Part shown: positions 29,795-38,683 of the stretch, piece by piece
Layout: each line of letters opens with the position of its first letter
Position numbering within the stretch: the first letter of the stretch is position 1
Assembly (NCBI GenBank): GCA_902791235.1
Contig: CADAUV010000003.1
Span: 9,016 to 73,015 of the forward strand
Direction: 5' to 3'
Source: Oscillospiraceae bacterium
GTDB lineage: Bacteria; Bacillota; Clostridia; Oscillospirales; Acutalibacteraceae
DNA length: 64,000 nucleotides
Translations under genes and position numbers: made by a program
The notes under the pieces: model-generated
What the model saw: only the letters and a program-made list of their open reading frames with translations
Databases searched by the model: none
What the model was told of the DNA's origin: nothing

Positions 29795-30033
29795 TTCTTT
29801 TCCTCCTTCTTCGGTGGGGTAAGGTCAACATTCGGGTCGGCAAGGTAAGCAATAAGGACTTTGTTTTTTGCTGCTTCCTTCATCTGAACAACAACGATAA
29901 GCTCATCCCTTGTAAAAGATTTGTCATATATGATTTTTTCATCAATACTCATAATGCTCTTTTCATCGGTGTAACCTGCCTTGTTGAGCTTTTCAAAAAC
30001 CCTTAATTTATTAACCGTCGGTTTTGTTGGCAT
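29791..30033 (-). CDS. Small hypothetical ICE protein
   Basis: RBS AAGGAGG; overlaps both neighbours. Confidence 0.7.
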   Translation of the reverse strand: MPTKPTVNKLRVFEKLNKAGYTDEKSIMSIDEKIIYDKSFTRDELIVVVQMKEAAKNKVLIAYLADPNVDLTPPKKEEKK

Positions 30034-30277
30034 TGCTTTTTTCCTCCTTATTCATTAAATATTCAAGCATAGGGATTTCTCTGTATGCTCTGTCAACAAT
30101 ATCCTTTTGAGCAGAGAAGCGGTCATCAAAAAAGCGTATCCAAGAGTAATTCTTTTCTTCGTTACGGCGAAAGCAGGTAGCATATTTGCTTTTACTGTAT
30201 TTGTTATAGCCGATAAAGAAAGTGATATTACCAATGGATAACTTTTGAATAACCTTGTATCCGAAAAAGCGCTTCAT
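30011..30277 (-). CDS. Small hypothetical protein, paralog of 30274..30564
   Basis: ATGA overlap with the upstream gene; shared GYxVI...YxT...W..F.DR..A..D...R pattern. Confidence 0.65.
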   Translation of the reverse strand: MKRFFGYKVIQKLSIGNITFFIGYNKYSKSKYATCFRRNEEKNYSWIRFFDDRFSAQKDIVDRAYREIPMLEYLMNKEEKSNANKTDG

Positions 30278-30564
30278 CTTTCATCACGCTCCGTCTGCTG
30301 TTTGTGAAAGCCGGTAATTCGATCAAAATAGCGAACCTTCTCCATACCACGCTTTGCCAAGTCACGCTCGGCAGCATATCTGTCCTTGAAATAATGTCCC
30401 CAATAAAAGTCCTTCTTTTCGGAATCACATTCCCAAGTTACATACGGGGTAGTGTACTTCTTGTCAACAAGGTCGGGATTTACGCCAAGAACAATCGTGG
30501 CATTACTGATATGGAGTTCCTGTTCAATAACATAACCTGCATTAACGATTTTATCGTCAGCCAT
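30274..30564 (-). CDS. Small ICE protein with YVTW...YWGHY motif
   Basis: ATG 30564 after GAGGAGG; NAGYVI...PYVTWEC...FYWGHYF. Confidence 0.7.
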   Translation of the reverse strand: MADDKIVNAGYVIEQELHISNATIVLGVNPDLVDKKYTTPYVTWECDSEKKDFYWGHYFKDRYAAERDLAKRGMEKVRYFDRITGFHKQQTERDER

Positions 30565-30565
30565 A

Positions 30566-31150
30566 TTACCGTGCCTCCTCTCTGCTTCTGTCCGCAATCA
30601 TTTTCTTGACTTCGGCAAGACCTTCTTTTGCCCACTCGGGCATCTCGTCCTTTTTGATAACGCCGAGTAGGTCATAGCGTTCCCAACGGGTATGCTCTTT
30701 TGTTGCAAGGTTATAGCAGAAAACGGCATTGCCCATTGAATTGATTTTTGTACCGTTACCGCTTACAGCATAATAGAGCTGATTTCTCTCGTTCTGGTAC
30801 TCTCTTTTAAGGCTTTTAGGCGAAACGACCACAACCATTCCTGCAATGTTGTTGAAATCATTTACAGACATACACTGCTCGGCTGTAATAACCTTTTCGG
30901 TTTGCGGCGCTTCCTTTTCGAGTTCGGTAACTCTGTCTGAAATTCTGTTACTGAATTCCCTCATGATTTTGAGATAGCTTCTCTCATAAACGTCATTCTG
31001 CGGCAACTGTAACAGATTGGTATGCTGAATATCACAGCAAACATATCTCGGCTCTTTGTAATCACATTCGCCGACAATCATTTCTGTTTTGCCGAGTGTT
31101 ATGGAGTGAATCACCTCATAATCACCGAATTTTCTTTTTTCTGTATTCAT
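30566..31150 (-). CDS. Conserved ICE hypothetical protein
   Basis: RBS GGAGGT; GDYEVI N-domain plus L.REY....QLYY..SG.G...RWERYD.LG...PEWA domain. Confidence 0.75.
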   Translation of the reverse strand: MNTEKRKFGDYEVIHSITLGKTEMIVGECDYKEPRYVCCDIQHTNLLQLPQNDVYERSYLKIMREFSNRISDRVTELEKEAPQTEKVITAEQCMSVNDFNNIAGMVVVVSPKSLKREYQNERNQLYYAVSGNGTKINSMGNAVFCYNLATKEHTRWERYDLLGVIKKDEMPEWAKEGLAEVKKMIADRSREEAR

Positions 31151-31482
31151 TAAATACCTCCATCGTTTTTAGTCATAAGGGCAAGTCCGTATTCCGTAAA
31201 GGCATACCAATTTGTATGGTCAAAACGGTTCTTGTCAAACGGCTTCTTTTTCAGGACTTTGCCCTCAATCAAGATGTCAATAGCATCGCTGATTTGGTGT
31301 CTTGAATAGAACGGGAAAACGCTGGTTAAATGCACCTTTGAACATCTGCACCAAGCCTTGCCCTCTCTTTTTGCGATACAGCAGCCTTCATTCAGTACAA
31401 AAATGTTGTCAAAAAGGTACTGTGCGACAACCGCACTTTTCACACCAAAGAGCGATGCTATATTGTTTTTAAAATAGGTCAT
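31150..31482 (-). CDS. Stand-alone wHTH resembling the N-terminus of phage/ICE replication initiators
   Basis: IA..FGV.SAVV.QY...FPFYS..QI..AI..L...NRFDHTNWY; only 110 aa. Confidence 0.55.
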   Translation of the reverse strand: MTYFKNNIASLFGVKSAVVAQYLFDNIFVLNEGCCIAKREGKAWCRCSKVHLTSVFPFYSRHQISDAIDILIEGKVLKKKPFDKNRFDHTNWYAFTEYGLALMTKNDGGI

Positions 31483-31507
31483 TTGTTTTCCTCCTTAAAT
31501 AAAAACA

Positions 31508-31536
31508 GGGCGGTCAGTTTTTCAACATGGCCGCCC
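31508..31536. repeat. 29-bp hairpin direct repeat, copy 1
   Basis: GGGCGGTCAGTTTTTCAACATGGCCGCCC; 28/29 identical to 34250-34278. Confidence 0.9.
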
Positions 31537-31638
31537 AGCGTGTTATTTGATAAGGTTATTTGCAACTCTTATCTTTTATAATTGCAACGCCCGTATCATC
31601 ATACCTTTTTTTAGTTAACTGTTGTTAGATAATTGTTG

Positions 31639-33300
31639 TTAATTAATTGATAATGTTACTGTGCCTTTAAACGCCATCGGAGTATTCTCTTTAGCTGCGA
31701 TGAGTTCCATCATGAGGTCATATCCTCTCTGGCTCTTGCAGATAACATCAACATCCGAGTAATTACCAAAGACATTATTTCCCATTTCATTCAGTGTTGA
31801 CGGAAGAGTAAGAGAATCCATCTTCTTCTGGAACACACCATTATTAATGGTTTCAACACCTTCACGAACAACAAGATCGCTTGAGGAATCTTTGGTTAAG
31901 CCGTGAAGAGTTTTTCCGTCCTTGGTATAAATTACGCCGTCTTCAATGAAATAGTACGGGTTTGCAGGATCAATCTCCATCTTCTTATACGCAAATGCTA
32001 CGGAACCGGCAAGTTCTTTTACGCTTGCAGGAACATTTATAACGTCAATTTTGTGTGTTACATTAAACGCATCTCCGATTTTTTCGCAACCATCGGGAAT
32101 AGTGATTCCTTCAATGTTATAGCAGTTGGTGAAAGCAAAGTTTTCAATTGATTTAATGGTGTTGCCAAGGTCAACTTCTGTAAGGAACGTACAACTATTG
32201 AATGCGCTTTCTGAAATGTTGGTTACACCATCCATAACAATTACTCTCTTGGGAACGTATAACATATAGTCGTTAGCAGATACTCTGCGCATTGCATAAT
32301 CTTCCGCATCCCTAAACTTCTTCACAATATCGCTTGCAGTAGTATAGTCTGAAAGATTGGAGTTGAGCACATGCGCTGCAGTATAATACCAAGTCTGTGC
32401 GCCTTCGGGCACAATGTCGGTGATTGCATTGTATTCATCATTGGAGAGATTCTCTTCTAAATACTCCCAGATGAGAATATTGAGCTGCTTGGTCATTCCT
32501 TCAAGATCAAAGAAGTGCTTGTTTACAGCGTCTTCCATTTTGCCTGTGCCGGAAACAACAACTGTGCCATCTTCGTATTTCTCAATGGTTGTGCCGCCTC
32601 TGGTGGGGGCGGTTGCCTGTCTGGTGTTTGCCTGATAATATGACATCCAAACATTGTCTTCGTCTGTTGCAGAGACATTCCACGAAGTTACTCTGTTGCC
32701 GAGTGCGGCAACAGTTGTATTAACAACAGAGATGTTATAGTTGAAAGAGCCTGACCAAGTACCTGCAGAGAGGTCCTTTGTCTTAATCGTTACATCAAAG
32801 ACTGCCTTGTCATTGAAATTCGGTGTAACGAACTTATTGACTTTTGAACCTGAATACTCTGATGTTGAAACAACAAACTGTGTATAGTCCTGTTCGATAG
32901 GTGCGACAACATCTGTTTTGCCCTGTGAAGTAAGGGTTACTTCGTCATCAGGTACAACGCTGATTACAGTTGCACCTGAAATGTTGCCCTTTACCTTACC
33001 TGATGCTGAACCTACATAATATCCGTTTGCATCGGTAGTGCCGTTAATTGTGATTGATGTGGGTACGCCTACCTGAATCTTACCATTAACGAAGCCGTCA
33101 TCGCCGGCATCGGGGTTTTCAGGATCGTACACGTCCGAACCATCTGCAATAGTGGCTGTTACATTAACGGAACTGATAATATCGTTACCGTCATAAGTGT
33201 AAATCTCCATGTCTGCAGCAAAAGCAGGGATTGCAGATGAGATAATAGTAAGCATTGCGAGTACAATCGCAATAACTCTTGAATTGGTTTTATTTTTCAT
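31639..33300 (-). CDS. Secreted protein: WxL/fimbrial-like beta domain plus BspA-type leucine-rich repeats
   Basis: Signal peptide ..IPAFA; LSAGTWSGSFNYNI strand; repeats GVTNISESAF..C..L..V.L, IKSIENFAF.NC..I..I.IP; no LPxTG. Confidence 0.7.
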   Translation of the reverse strand: MKNKTNSRVIAIVLAMLTIISSAIPAFAADMEIYTYDGNDIISSVNVTATIADGSDVYDPENPDAGDDGFVNGKIQVGVPTSITINGTTDANGYYVGSASGKVKGNISGATVISVVPDDEVTLTSQGKTDVVAPIEQDYTQFVVSTSEYSGSKVNKFVTPNFNDKAVFDVTIKTKDLSAGTWSGSFNYNISVVNTTVAALGNRVTSWNVSATDEDNVWMSYYQANTRQATAPTRGGTTIEKYEDGTVVVSGTGKMEDAVNKHFFDLEGMTKQLNILIWEYLEENLSNDEYNAITDIVPEGAQTWYYTAAHVLNSNLSDYTTASDIVKKFRDAEDYAMRRVSANDYMLYVPKRVIVMDGVTNISESAFNSCTFLTEVDLGNTIKSIENFAFTNCYNIEGITIPDGCEKIGDAFNVTHKIDVINVPASVKELAGSVAFAYKKMEIDPANPYYFIEDGVIYTKDGKTLHGLTKDSSSDLVVREGVETINNGVFQKKMDSLTLPSTLNEMGNNVFGNYSDVDVICKSQRGYDLMMELIAAKENTPMAFKGTVTLSIN

Positions 33301-33315
33301 AGTAAAAATCCTTTC

Positions 33316-34224
33316 TTATTTTGAAATAATTAGTGTTGTACTTAAGGTGTGATGAACGGGCATTGTTGCCTCGTTTAACAGCGATTGGTATTCTTTCTCG
33401 CTGTATTTATCTTTGTTTTCATTAAGCTCGGTTAAAATGCTATAATCATAATCAGTAGCTTTAACTTCAAGCTGATAATTGCCAGCATCAAGTTGATTCC
33501 AAAGGTTAATGTTAACCTGTCTGTTTGGAGGAATTGCTCCTGTTGAAAAAGCCTTACCGCTTTCATCTTTCATCTGAACACCGTTGATATATATTTCATA
33601 CGAAACATAGTAAGTCTTATCGTTCGTTGCAACATTTACCAACGAGATTTCAGGGCTTTCTTTTGTGAGTGTAGTAATCTCCTGAAAAGGTTCATAGTAA
33701 CACATTGGGCTCGGCTCGCTTTTTTCCTGTGCTTCGGTTATTTCATCACCTGTGATAATTGAAACGGGATCAACATTGGAACACGAATGAAAAAACAGAG
33801 GAATAAGAGCCAGCAGAAGCAGCAGGATAATAAACATAAATCTTATATCGACCTTTACAAGCCTTACAAATTTATGGCTTTCAAGCTCTGCATAACCAAT
33901 GGTTCTGCGCCACTTCTTTTTTGATTTATAAAGAGGATATTCCTTATCAGATGCATCATAGTGACTGCGAAGATAAGCATAGGAGTACGGAACATTTACT
34001 GTTCCAATAACCTCTCCGTTTTTTGTGGTGTCCTTCTGTGTTTTTCGGTTAATAAAAACATCACCGATAACATCGATTGAACCTTCTGTTTCTTCGGATA
34101 ATTCCTTAAAGCCCTTTTTAGTCAGATAAAAGAACGGGGAAATGTCCTTTTTGCTGTATTTTGAAGCATCATATTCCAACGCTTCTAAGCTAATAACTCT
34201 GTTTGAATTTTCATAATTACTCAT
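33316..34224 (-). CDS. Membrane-anchored protein with C-terminal Ig-like domain (possible WxL-partner/chaperone)
   Basis: Single central TM; N...N...Y..YEI...FSTGAIPP...LDAGNY pattern. Confidence 0.55.
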   Translation of the reverse strand: MSNYENSNRVISLEALEYDASKYSKKDISPFFYLTKKGFKELSEETEGSIDVIGDVFINRKTQKDTTKNGEVIGTVNVPYSYAYLRSHYDASDKEYPLYKSKKKWRRTIGYAELESHKFVRLVKVDIRFMFIILLLLLALIPLFFHSCSNVDPVSIITGDEITEAQEKSEPSPMCYYEPFQEITTLTKESPEISLVNVATNDKTYYVSYEIYINGVQMKDESGKAFSTGAIPPNRQVNINLWNQLDAGNYQLEVKATDYDYSILTELNENKDKYSEKEYQSLLNEATMPVHHTLSTTLIISK

Positions 34225-34249
34225 ATAGCATTCCTTTCTTAATGAAATA

Positions 34250-34278
34250 GGGCGGTTAGTTTTTCAACATGGCCGCCC
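34250..34278. repeat. 29-bp hairpin direct repeat, copy 2
   Basis: GGGCGGTTAGTTTTTCAACATGGCCGCCC. Confidence 0.9.
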
Positions 34279-34290
34279 TGATAGGTTTGT

Positions 34291-34380
34291 TTACTTTTTT
34301 CTGTTTTTAATCTGCATTACTGCAATAGCAGCGATAACAGCGACAACGATTACGATGCCGATAATTGCCTTAACACTCAT
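34291..34380 (-). CDS. 29-aa single-TM micropeptide MSVKAIIGIVIVVAVIAAIAVMQIKNRKK (below ORF-track cutoff)
   Basis: AAGGAGG RBS within the adhesin 3' end; hydrophobic helix plus basic tail; overlaps the adhesin stop. Confidence 0.65.
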   Translation of the reverse strand: MSVKAIIGIVIVVAVIAAIAVMQIKNRKK

Positions 34381-37300
34381 TGTCATTATCCTCCTTTACA
34401 TTCTTTTTCTTGCGAAGGAAGGTATAGGCAAGGCAGAGCATACCGAAAAGCGAAGCACCGAGAATTGTTGCAAGCGTTCTTCTGTTGCTTTCATCGCCTG
34501 TTTTCGGGGTGCTTGTCTTTGTGGGAGTATCGGGCTTTTCGGGTACGGTAATTCTTACTGTCTGTCCCTTATCTTTGAGGTCTGCGTGTGTTGCAATCTC
34601 AACGCCCTCACGGTAAAGTGTTTCAAAGACTACGACCTCGGTTTCATCGGTAATGCCGCTTCCGTCAAAGGTAAAGGTTACGTCAACGATTCCGTCACTC
34701 TTTTCGGTTGTGAATTTAACCTTTGCGGTTATTTCCTTGCCCTTTACTGAGAACGGCTTGCCCGTTTTCTTATCCATAAGAACGCCTTTAATGACGTACT
34801 CCTTGCCGACAGTAAGGTTCTTGTAGGTTACGGTATCAACAATCGTGATTTTCTTACTTGCCTCAACCTCGCTCTTGCCATCAGCCTTTGCAGAAGTCTT
34901 GATTTCAGGCACATTGACTGTTATCGTCTGTCCTTCATCGTTGATGTCAGCGTGAACAGCAAGCTCTTTGCCGTCTTTGTAAAGGCTTTCAAATACGACA
35001 ATATTGGTTTCGGTGGTAATGTTCTTACCGTCAAAGGTAAAGAGAACATCAACAGAGCCGTTTGGAGCTTCGGGAGTAAAGGTTACTTCGCTTTTGAAAG
35101 TATCACCATTGATAACAAGTTGCTTACCTGTGGACTTATCCATAAGGACGCCGACTACCTTGTATTCTTTGCCGGGGATAAGGTGCTGATATTCAACCGT
35201 ATCTGTAAGCGTAAAGGTTTCCGTTGCACATACCGTCTTTTCGCCGTCAATGGTAGCGGTTGTTTTCATTTCGGGAACACGGTCATTGACGATGTTCATC
35301 TCAATAACCTTTTCGTTTCTCTCAACATCAAAGTGATGAAGGTCTGCGTTTTCAAGATAGTTTTCAGCAGGCTTCAGCTCACGAATAATCCAAGCGCCGT
35401 AAGGTACATTGATAAATTCAAATACGCCGTTTTCATCGGTGGTGGCGGTTGTAATCGCCGTCTTTTCGGTGTATTCGGTTTCATCGCCCTTAAAGATACC
35501 GAAAACAACATCCTTAATCGGCTTTTCGGTTTCACGGTCAATCTTGTATCCCGTTACCTTGCCGTAAATCAGGTTGTTTGCGATAGGCTCGCCGTCATTG
35601 AGATTAATGTCAATAACTGCCGTTTCCTGTCCTGCATATTCCGTATCAAAGAAATGCTGTTCATCGGAGAGGATATAGTGCTTATCGGTAGCAATTTCCT
35701 TTGCGTACCACTTGAAGCCGATAGGCAGATCGCAATCAAAGGCAATGTTGCCGTCCTTATCGCAATTAGCAAGTGTGATTAAACCATCGGCAGGGATAAC
35801 CGAGCCGTCAGCCGCTTTTACATCTTCGGCAGCATAGATACCAAACTGAACGGAAAGGATTTCATCGTTCATTCCGAGCTTATAGGTTTCATCCTTCTGC
35901 ATTTCCTTTGAAAGAGAAGTTGTAACCTTCTGCCTTTCGTTGTAAACAGAAAGAGCCGTACTCGTTACTGCAATATTCTGTCCTGCATAGACAAGCTCAA
36001 CATCGTACTGCTGATTTGCATTGACAAAATTAACAGGTGCTGTCTTTTCAACTACGGTGTACTTACCGAGATAAAGCTGCTTTGTTTTAGCGATACCGTC
36101 ATTTCCCGTAGTGATTTCATCAACCTGTTCGCCCTGCTGATAACGGAGTGTTCCGTCAGGTGTCTTAATATCCTCTGCGGCAAATACCTGATACACTGCG
36201 CCTTTAAGGTTCTGCACCTCATAAACGGGTGTGTAGATATTGTCCGTGTTCTCAACACTTGCGAATACCTCGCCCGATTTTGTCACCTCAATAATACCTT
36301 TCTGAGCGATATTATCACGCTTTACCTTAATGAGCGTGAGAGCATCTTCAAGTTCTGAATTATCTCTGGTAACATCGAACTTGATAGGTGTACTGTCAAG
36401 CACATAGCCATACGGAGCCTGCACCTCAACAAGAGAATATCCCTTGCCATAATCGAGTTTTTCAGGTGTAATGAGGTAGCCCTCTGAATTGGTGTAATAG
36501 GTGCTGATGGTTGTCTTTTTCGGGTAAGTGAAGGTCTGTGATACCTTCTTGCCGTTTGAATCATAGATTTCAAAACCGGCACCCGCATACGGGACAACCT
36601 TACCTGTTTCTCTGTCAACCTTTGTGATTTTCAGATAAGCAGTGAACGGAGCGTTGTTAATCAGATACTTGTAGGTCTTACCGTTCTCGGAAATGAACAC
36701 ATCAAAGTCTGACATTTTGTCCTTGCCTTCTTTGCCCTTTGTCTGATGAACGGTATAAACGCCGTAGGGCAAATTCTTTGTTTTCGCATAGCCGTCCTCG
36801 TTACAATCAAGAATATCTCTTTCGTCCTTGTCCGCCTTATCATAAGAGCCGGAGGATTTGAGATAGACCTGAAATTCAGCTTCGGGTTCAGGTGTTTCAA
36901 TCTGTGTTGAGCCGTCATCGCTATGCTTAATAATTGAGATGTTACCCTTGATAACAGGCTCGGTAACGGTATTGGCGGTATCGTTAAACTCAACCGTGTA
37001 GAGCTTTGCTTCTGCACCTACATGGTATTCCGTATCATTGAGCAAATAACCCTCGCTGGGTTTAATCTCACGGATTGACCAGTGATCGCCGCAGATATAA
37101 TACTTGGTGGTAAAGGAAGCGTTTTCATCGGTTACATAAGTGTCAATGAGTTTGCCGTTATCATAGATGCCGTAGGTGGCACCTGCAAGCGTTGCGTCGC
37201 CCTGTGCCTTTTTCTTTTCGGCATCCTCTTTGGTAACAGTAACACGGAATTTCTTGAGCTTATTCGTGAAGCTCGCTTTAGTTACCTCATTCCACTTGAT

Positions 37301-38599
37301 AGAAGTGGTCTGACTGTCAGGGATTACATAACGGATAGCCGTATCAACCTCCTCAACGGTATATCCTGTACCGATAAGAATATTCTTAAAGGTAGCCACG
37401 CCGCTTGCGTTAGTAGTGGCATATTCGTTAATCTTTGCACCTGAAAGCGATGTTCCTGTTAAATGGAATTTAACACCTTCAACAAGTCCATCCTCGCAGG
37501 TTTTCGTAATCTGCAAATCGCCCTTTTTAAGAACATTCCCGAAGGACACGGATGCTGTTTCGCCTGATTTAACGGTAATGGTTTTACTGCTCTGCGGTTG
37601 GTATCTGTCAATACTTTCCTCAGTAATGGTGTATTTACCGGGAACAAGATAATTCAGTTCCCATTCGCCGTTACTGTCGGTAGTCATTGTTTTTGAATAG
37701 CCATCGCCTGTCACGGTAAACTTAATGCCGCTGACCTTGCCATCCTCCGAAGTCTTTTTCAGTTTGGCAGAGCCGAGCACCTCAATATTGCCGTCAAGAG
37801 CAAACGAAATTGGATCGTAGTAGGCAGAATATACGAGTTTCTGATAATCCTCACTGCCGTAGGGATAAAAGAGCAGTAGCTCGTCATCATCGCCCGTGTT
37901 TTCCTTGTAGTAATCGCCGTTGTTAATCTTAAACGAGGTTTTCGTACAAGTCTTATCAATGGTAATTACAAGTTTGTTGGTACCCGCTTCGTGTACCATT
38001 TTAATACCGTTCTTGTTGATGGTGAAAGCGGGATAGTCCTTGAACACCTTGTTGGAGTCAGTAATGGTTTTGCTTGTGCCTGCCGTAATCGTGCCTACAT
38101 TCGTGTTATGAAACGACGGCTTTGTGTCAAGACTTTCCATATTCTTTTCAGCGTTGGAAACCCACTTGTCATAGTCGCTGCTTGAAAAGTCCCAAGAGGT
38201 ACTGTCGCCCATAATGCTCCAGACCTTCTTTTGACACATCGCCATGTCTTTCCAATCAATAGAATTGCCGTGTTCCATATAGTAGCCGGCAAAAATCCAT
38301 TTGGCTGCCTTGATTACATTGGCGTTTGCACCTGCTTTTCTCGCCTTAAGATACGACTTTGATGGACTTGTTGTACCGTACTCAATACAGAAAATAGGAT
38401 ATGTTGTTCCGCCTTTTGTAGTTGTGTGAAGTTGATGTCCGTAATGCCACGAAACATCAATATCCATATCGCTACCGCCGACAACTTTTCCTAAATTTTC
38501 GCTTGCAGCAAATACTGAAAGCGGCGTGATTGAAAGAATAATCAGAAGCGATAACAAGAATGCTATCATTCTTTTACTCTGCATTTTGATTTTTTCCAT
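34370..38599 (-). CDS. Sortase-anchored adhesin: thioester domain, SpaA/CnaB isopeptide repeats, two VaFE/T-Q ester repeats, TPKTG anchor
   Basis: YPIFCIEYG; repeated K.D...GA.F/Y...G.Y...E..AP; VVFESLY...HADINDEGQT and VVFETLY...HADLKDKGQT; TPKTG + TM + basic tail. Confidence 0.88.
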   Translation of the reverse strand: MEKIKMQSKRMIAFLLSLLIILSITPLSVFAASENLGKVVGGSDMDIDVSWHYGHQLHTTTKGGTTYPIFCIEYGTTSPSKSYLKARKAGANANVIKAAKWIFAGYYMEHGNSIDWKDMAMCQKKVWSIMGDSTSWDFSSSDYDKWVSNAEKNMESLDTKPSFHNTNVGTITAGTSKTITDSNKVFKDYPAFTINKNGIKMVHEAGTNKLVITIDKTCTKTSFKINNGDYYKENTGDDDELLLFYPYGSEDYQKLVYSAYYDPISFALDGNIEVLGSAKLKKTSEDGKVSGIKFTVTGDGYSKTMTTDSNGEWELNYLVPGKYTITEESIDRYQPQSSKTITVKSGETASVSFGNVLKKGDLQITKTCEDGLVEGVKFHLTGTSLSGAKINEYATTNASGVATFKNILIGTGYTVEEVDTAIRYVIPDSQTTSIKWNEVTKASFTNKLKKFRVTVTKEDAEKKKAQGDATLAGATYGIYDNGKLIDTYVTDENASFTTKYYICGDHWSIREIKPSEGYLLNDTEYHVGAEAKLYTVEFNDTANTVTEPVIKGNISIIKHSDDGSTQIETPEPEAEFQVYLKSSGSYDKADKDERDILDCNEDGYAKTKNLPYGVYTVHQTKGKEGKDKMSDFDVFISENGKTYKYLINNAPFTAYLKITKVDRETGKVVPYAGAGFEIYDSNGKKVSQTFTYPKKTTISTYYTNSEGYLITPEKLDYGKGYSLVEVQAPYGYVLDSTPIKFDVTRDNSELEDALTLIKVKRDNIAQKGIIEVTKSGEVFASVENTDNIYTPVYEVQNLKGAVYQVFAAEDIKTPDGTLRYQQGEQVDEITTGNDGIAKTKQLYLGKYTVVEKTAPVNFVNANQQYDVELVYAGQNIAVTSTALSVYNERQKVTTSLSKEMQKDETYKLGMNDEILSVQFGIYAAEDVKAADGSVIPADGLITLANCDKDGNIAFDCDLPIGFKWYAKEIATDKHYILSDEQHFFDTEYAGQETAVIDINLNDGEPIANNLIYGKVTGYKIDRETEKPIKDVVFGIFKGDETEYTEKTAITTATTDENGVFEFINVPYGAWIIRELKPAENYLENADLHHFDVERNEKVIEMNIVNDRVPEMKTTATIDGEKTVCATETFTLTDTVEYQHLIPGKEYKVVGVLMDKSTGKQLVINGDTFKSEVTFTPEAPNGSVDVLFTFDGKNITTETNIVVFESLYKDGKELAVHADINDEGQTITVNVPEIKTSAKADGKSEVEASKKITIVDTVTYKNLTVGKEYVIKGVLMDKKTGKPFSVKGKEITAKVKFTTEKSDGIVDVTFTFDGSGITDETEVVVFETLYREGVEIATHADLKDKGQTVRITVPEKPDTPTKTSTPKTGDESNRRTLATILGASLFGMLCLAYTFLRKKKNVKEDNDNEC

Positions 38600-38683
38600 G
38601 CATTTTCCTTTCCCTGAAACAAAAAAGAGAGAAGATTTTTCGTTGTGAATTATCTTCCCTCAAATCTATTTCAGTATTTAGTT

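Noticed and set aside
31508-34278. 29-bp repeats as a CRISPR array or as ssDNA (Frpo-like) promoters
   Set aside because: Only two copies 2.7 kb apart with no spacers or cas genes; the loop has TTGAAA but no credible -10 at the right spacing
34952-35782. 276-aa plus-strand ORF antisense to the adhesin
   Set aside because: Antisense shadow explained by codon bias of the real gene; no motifs
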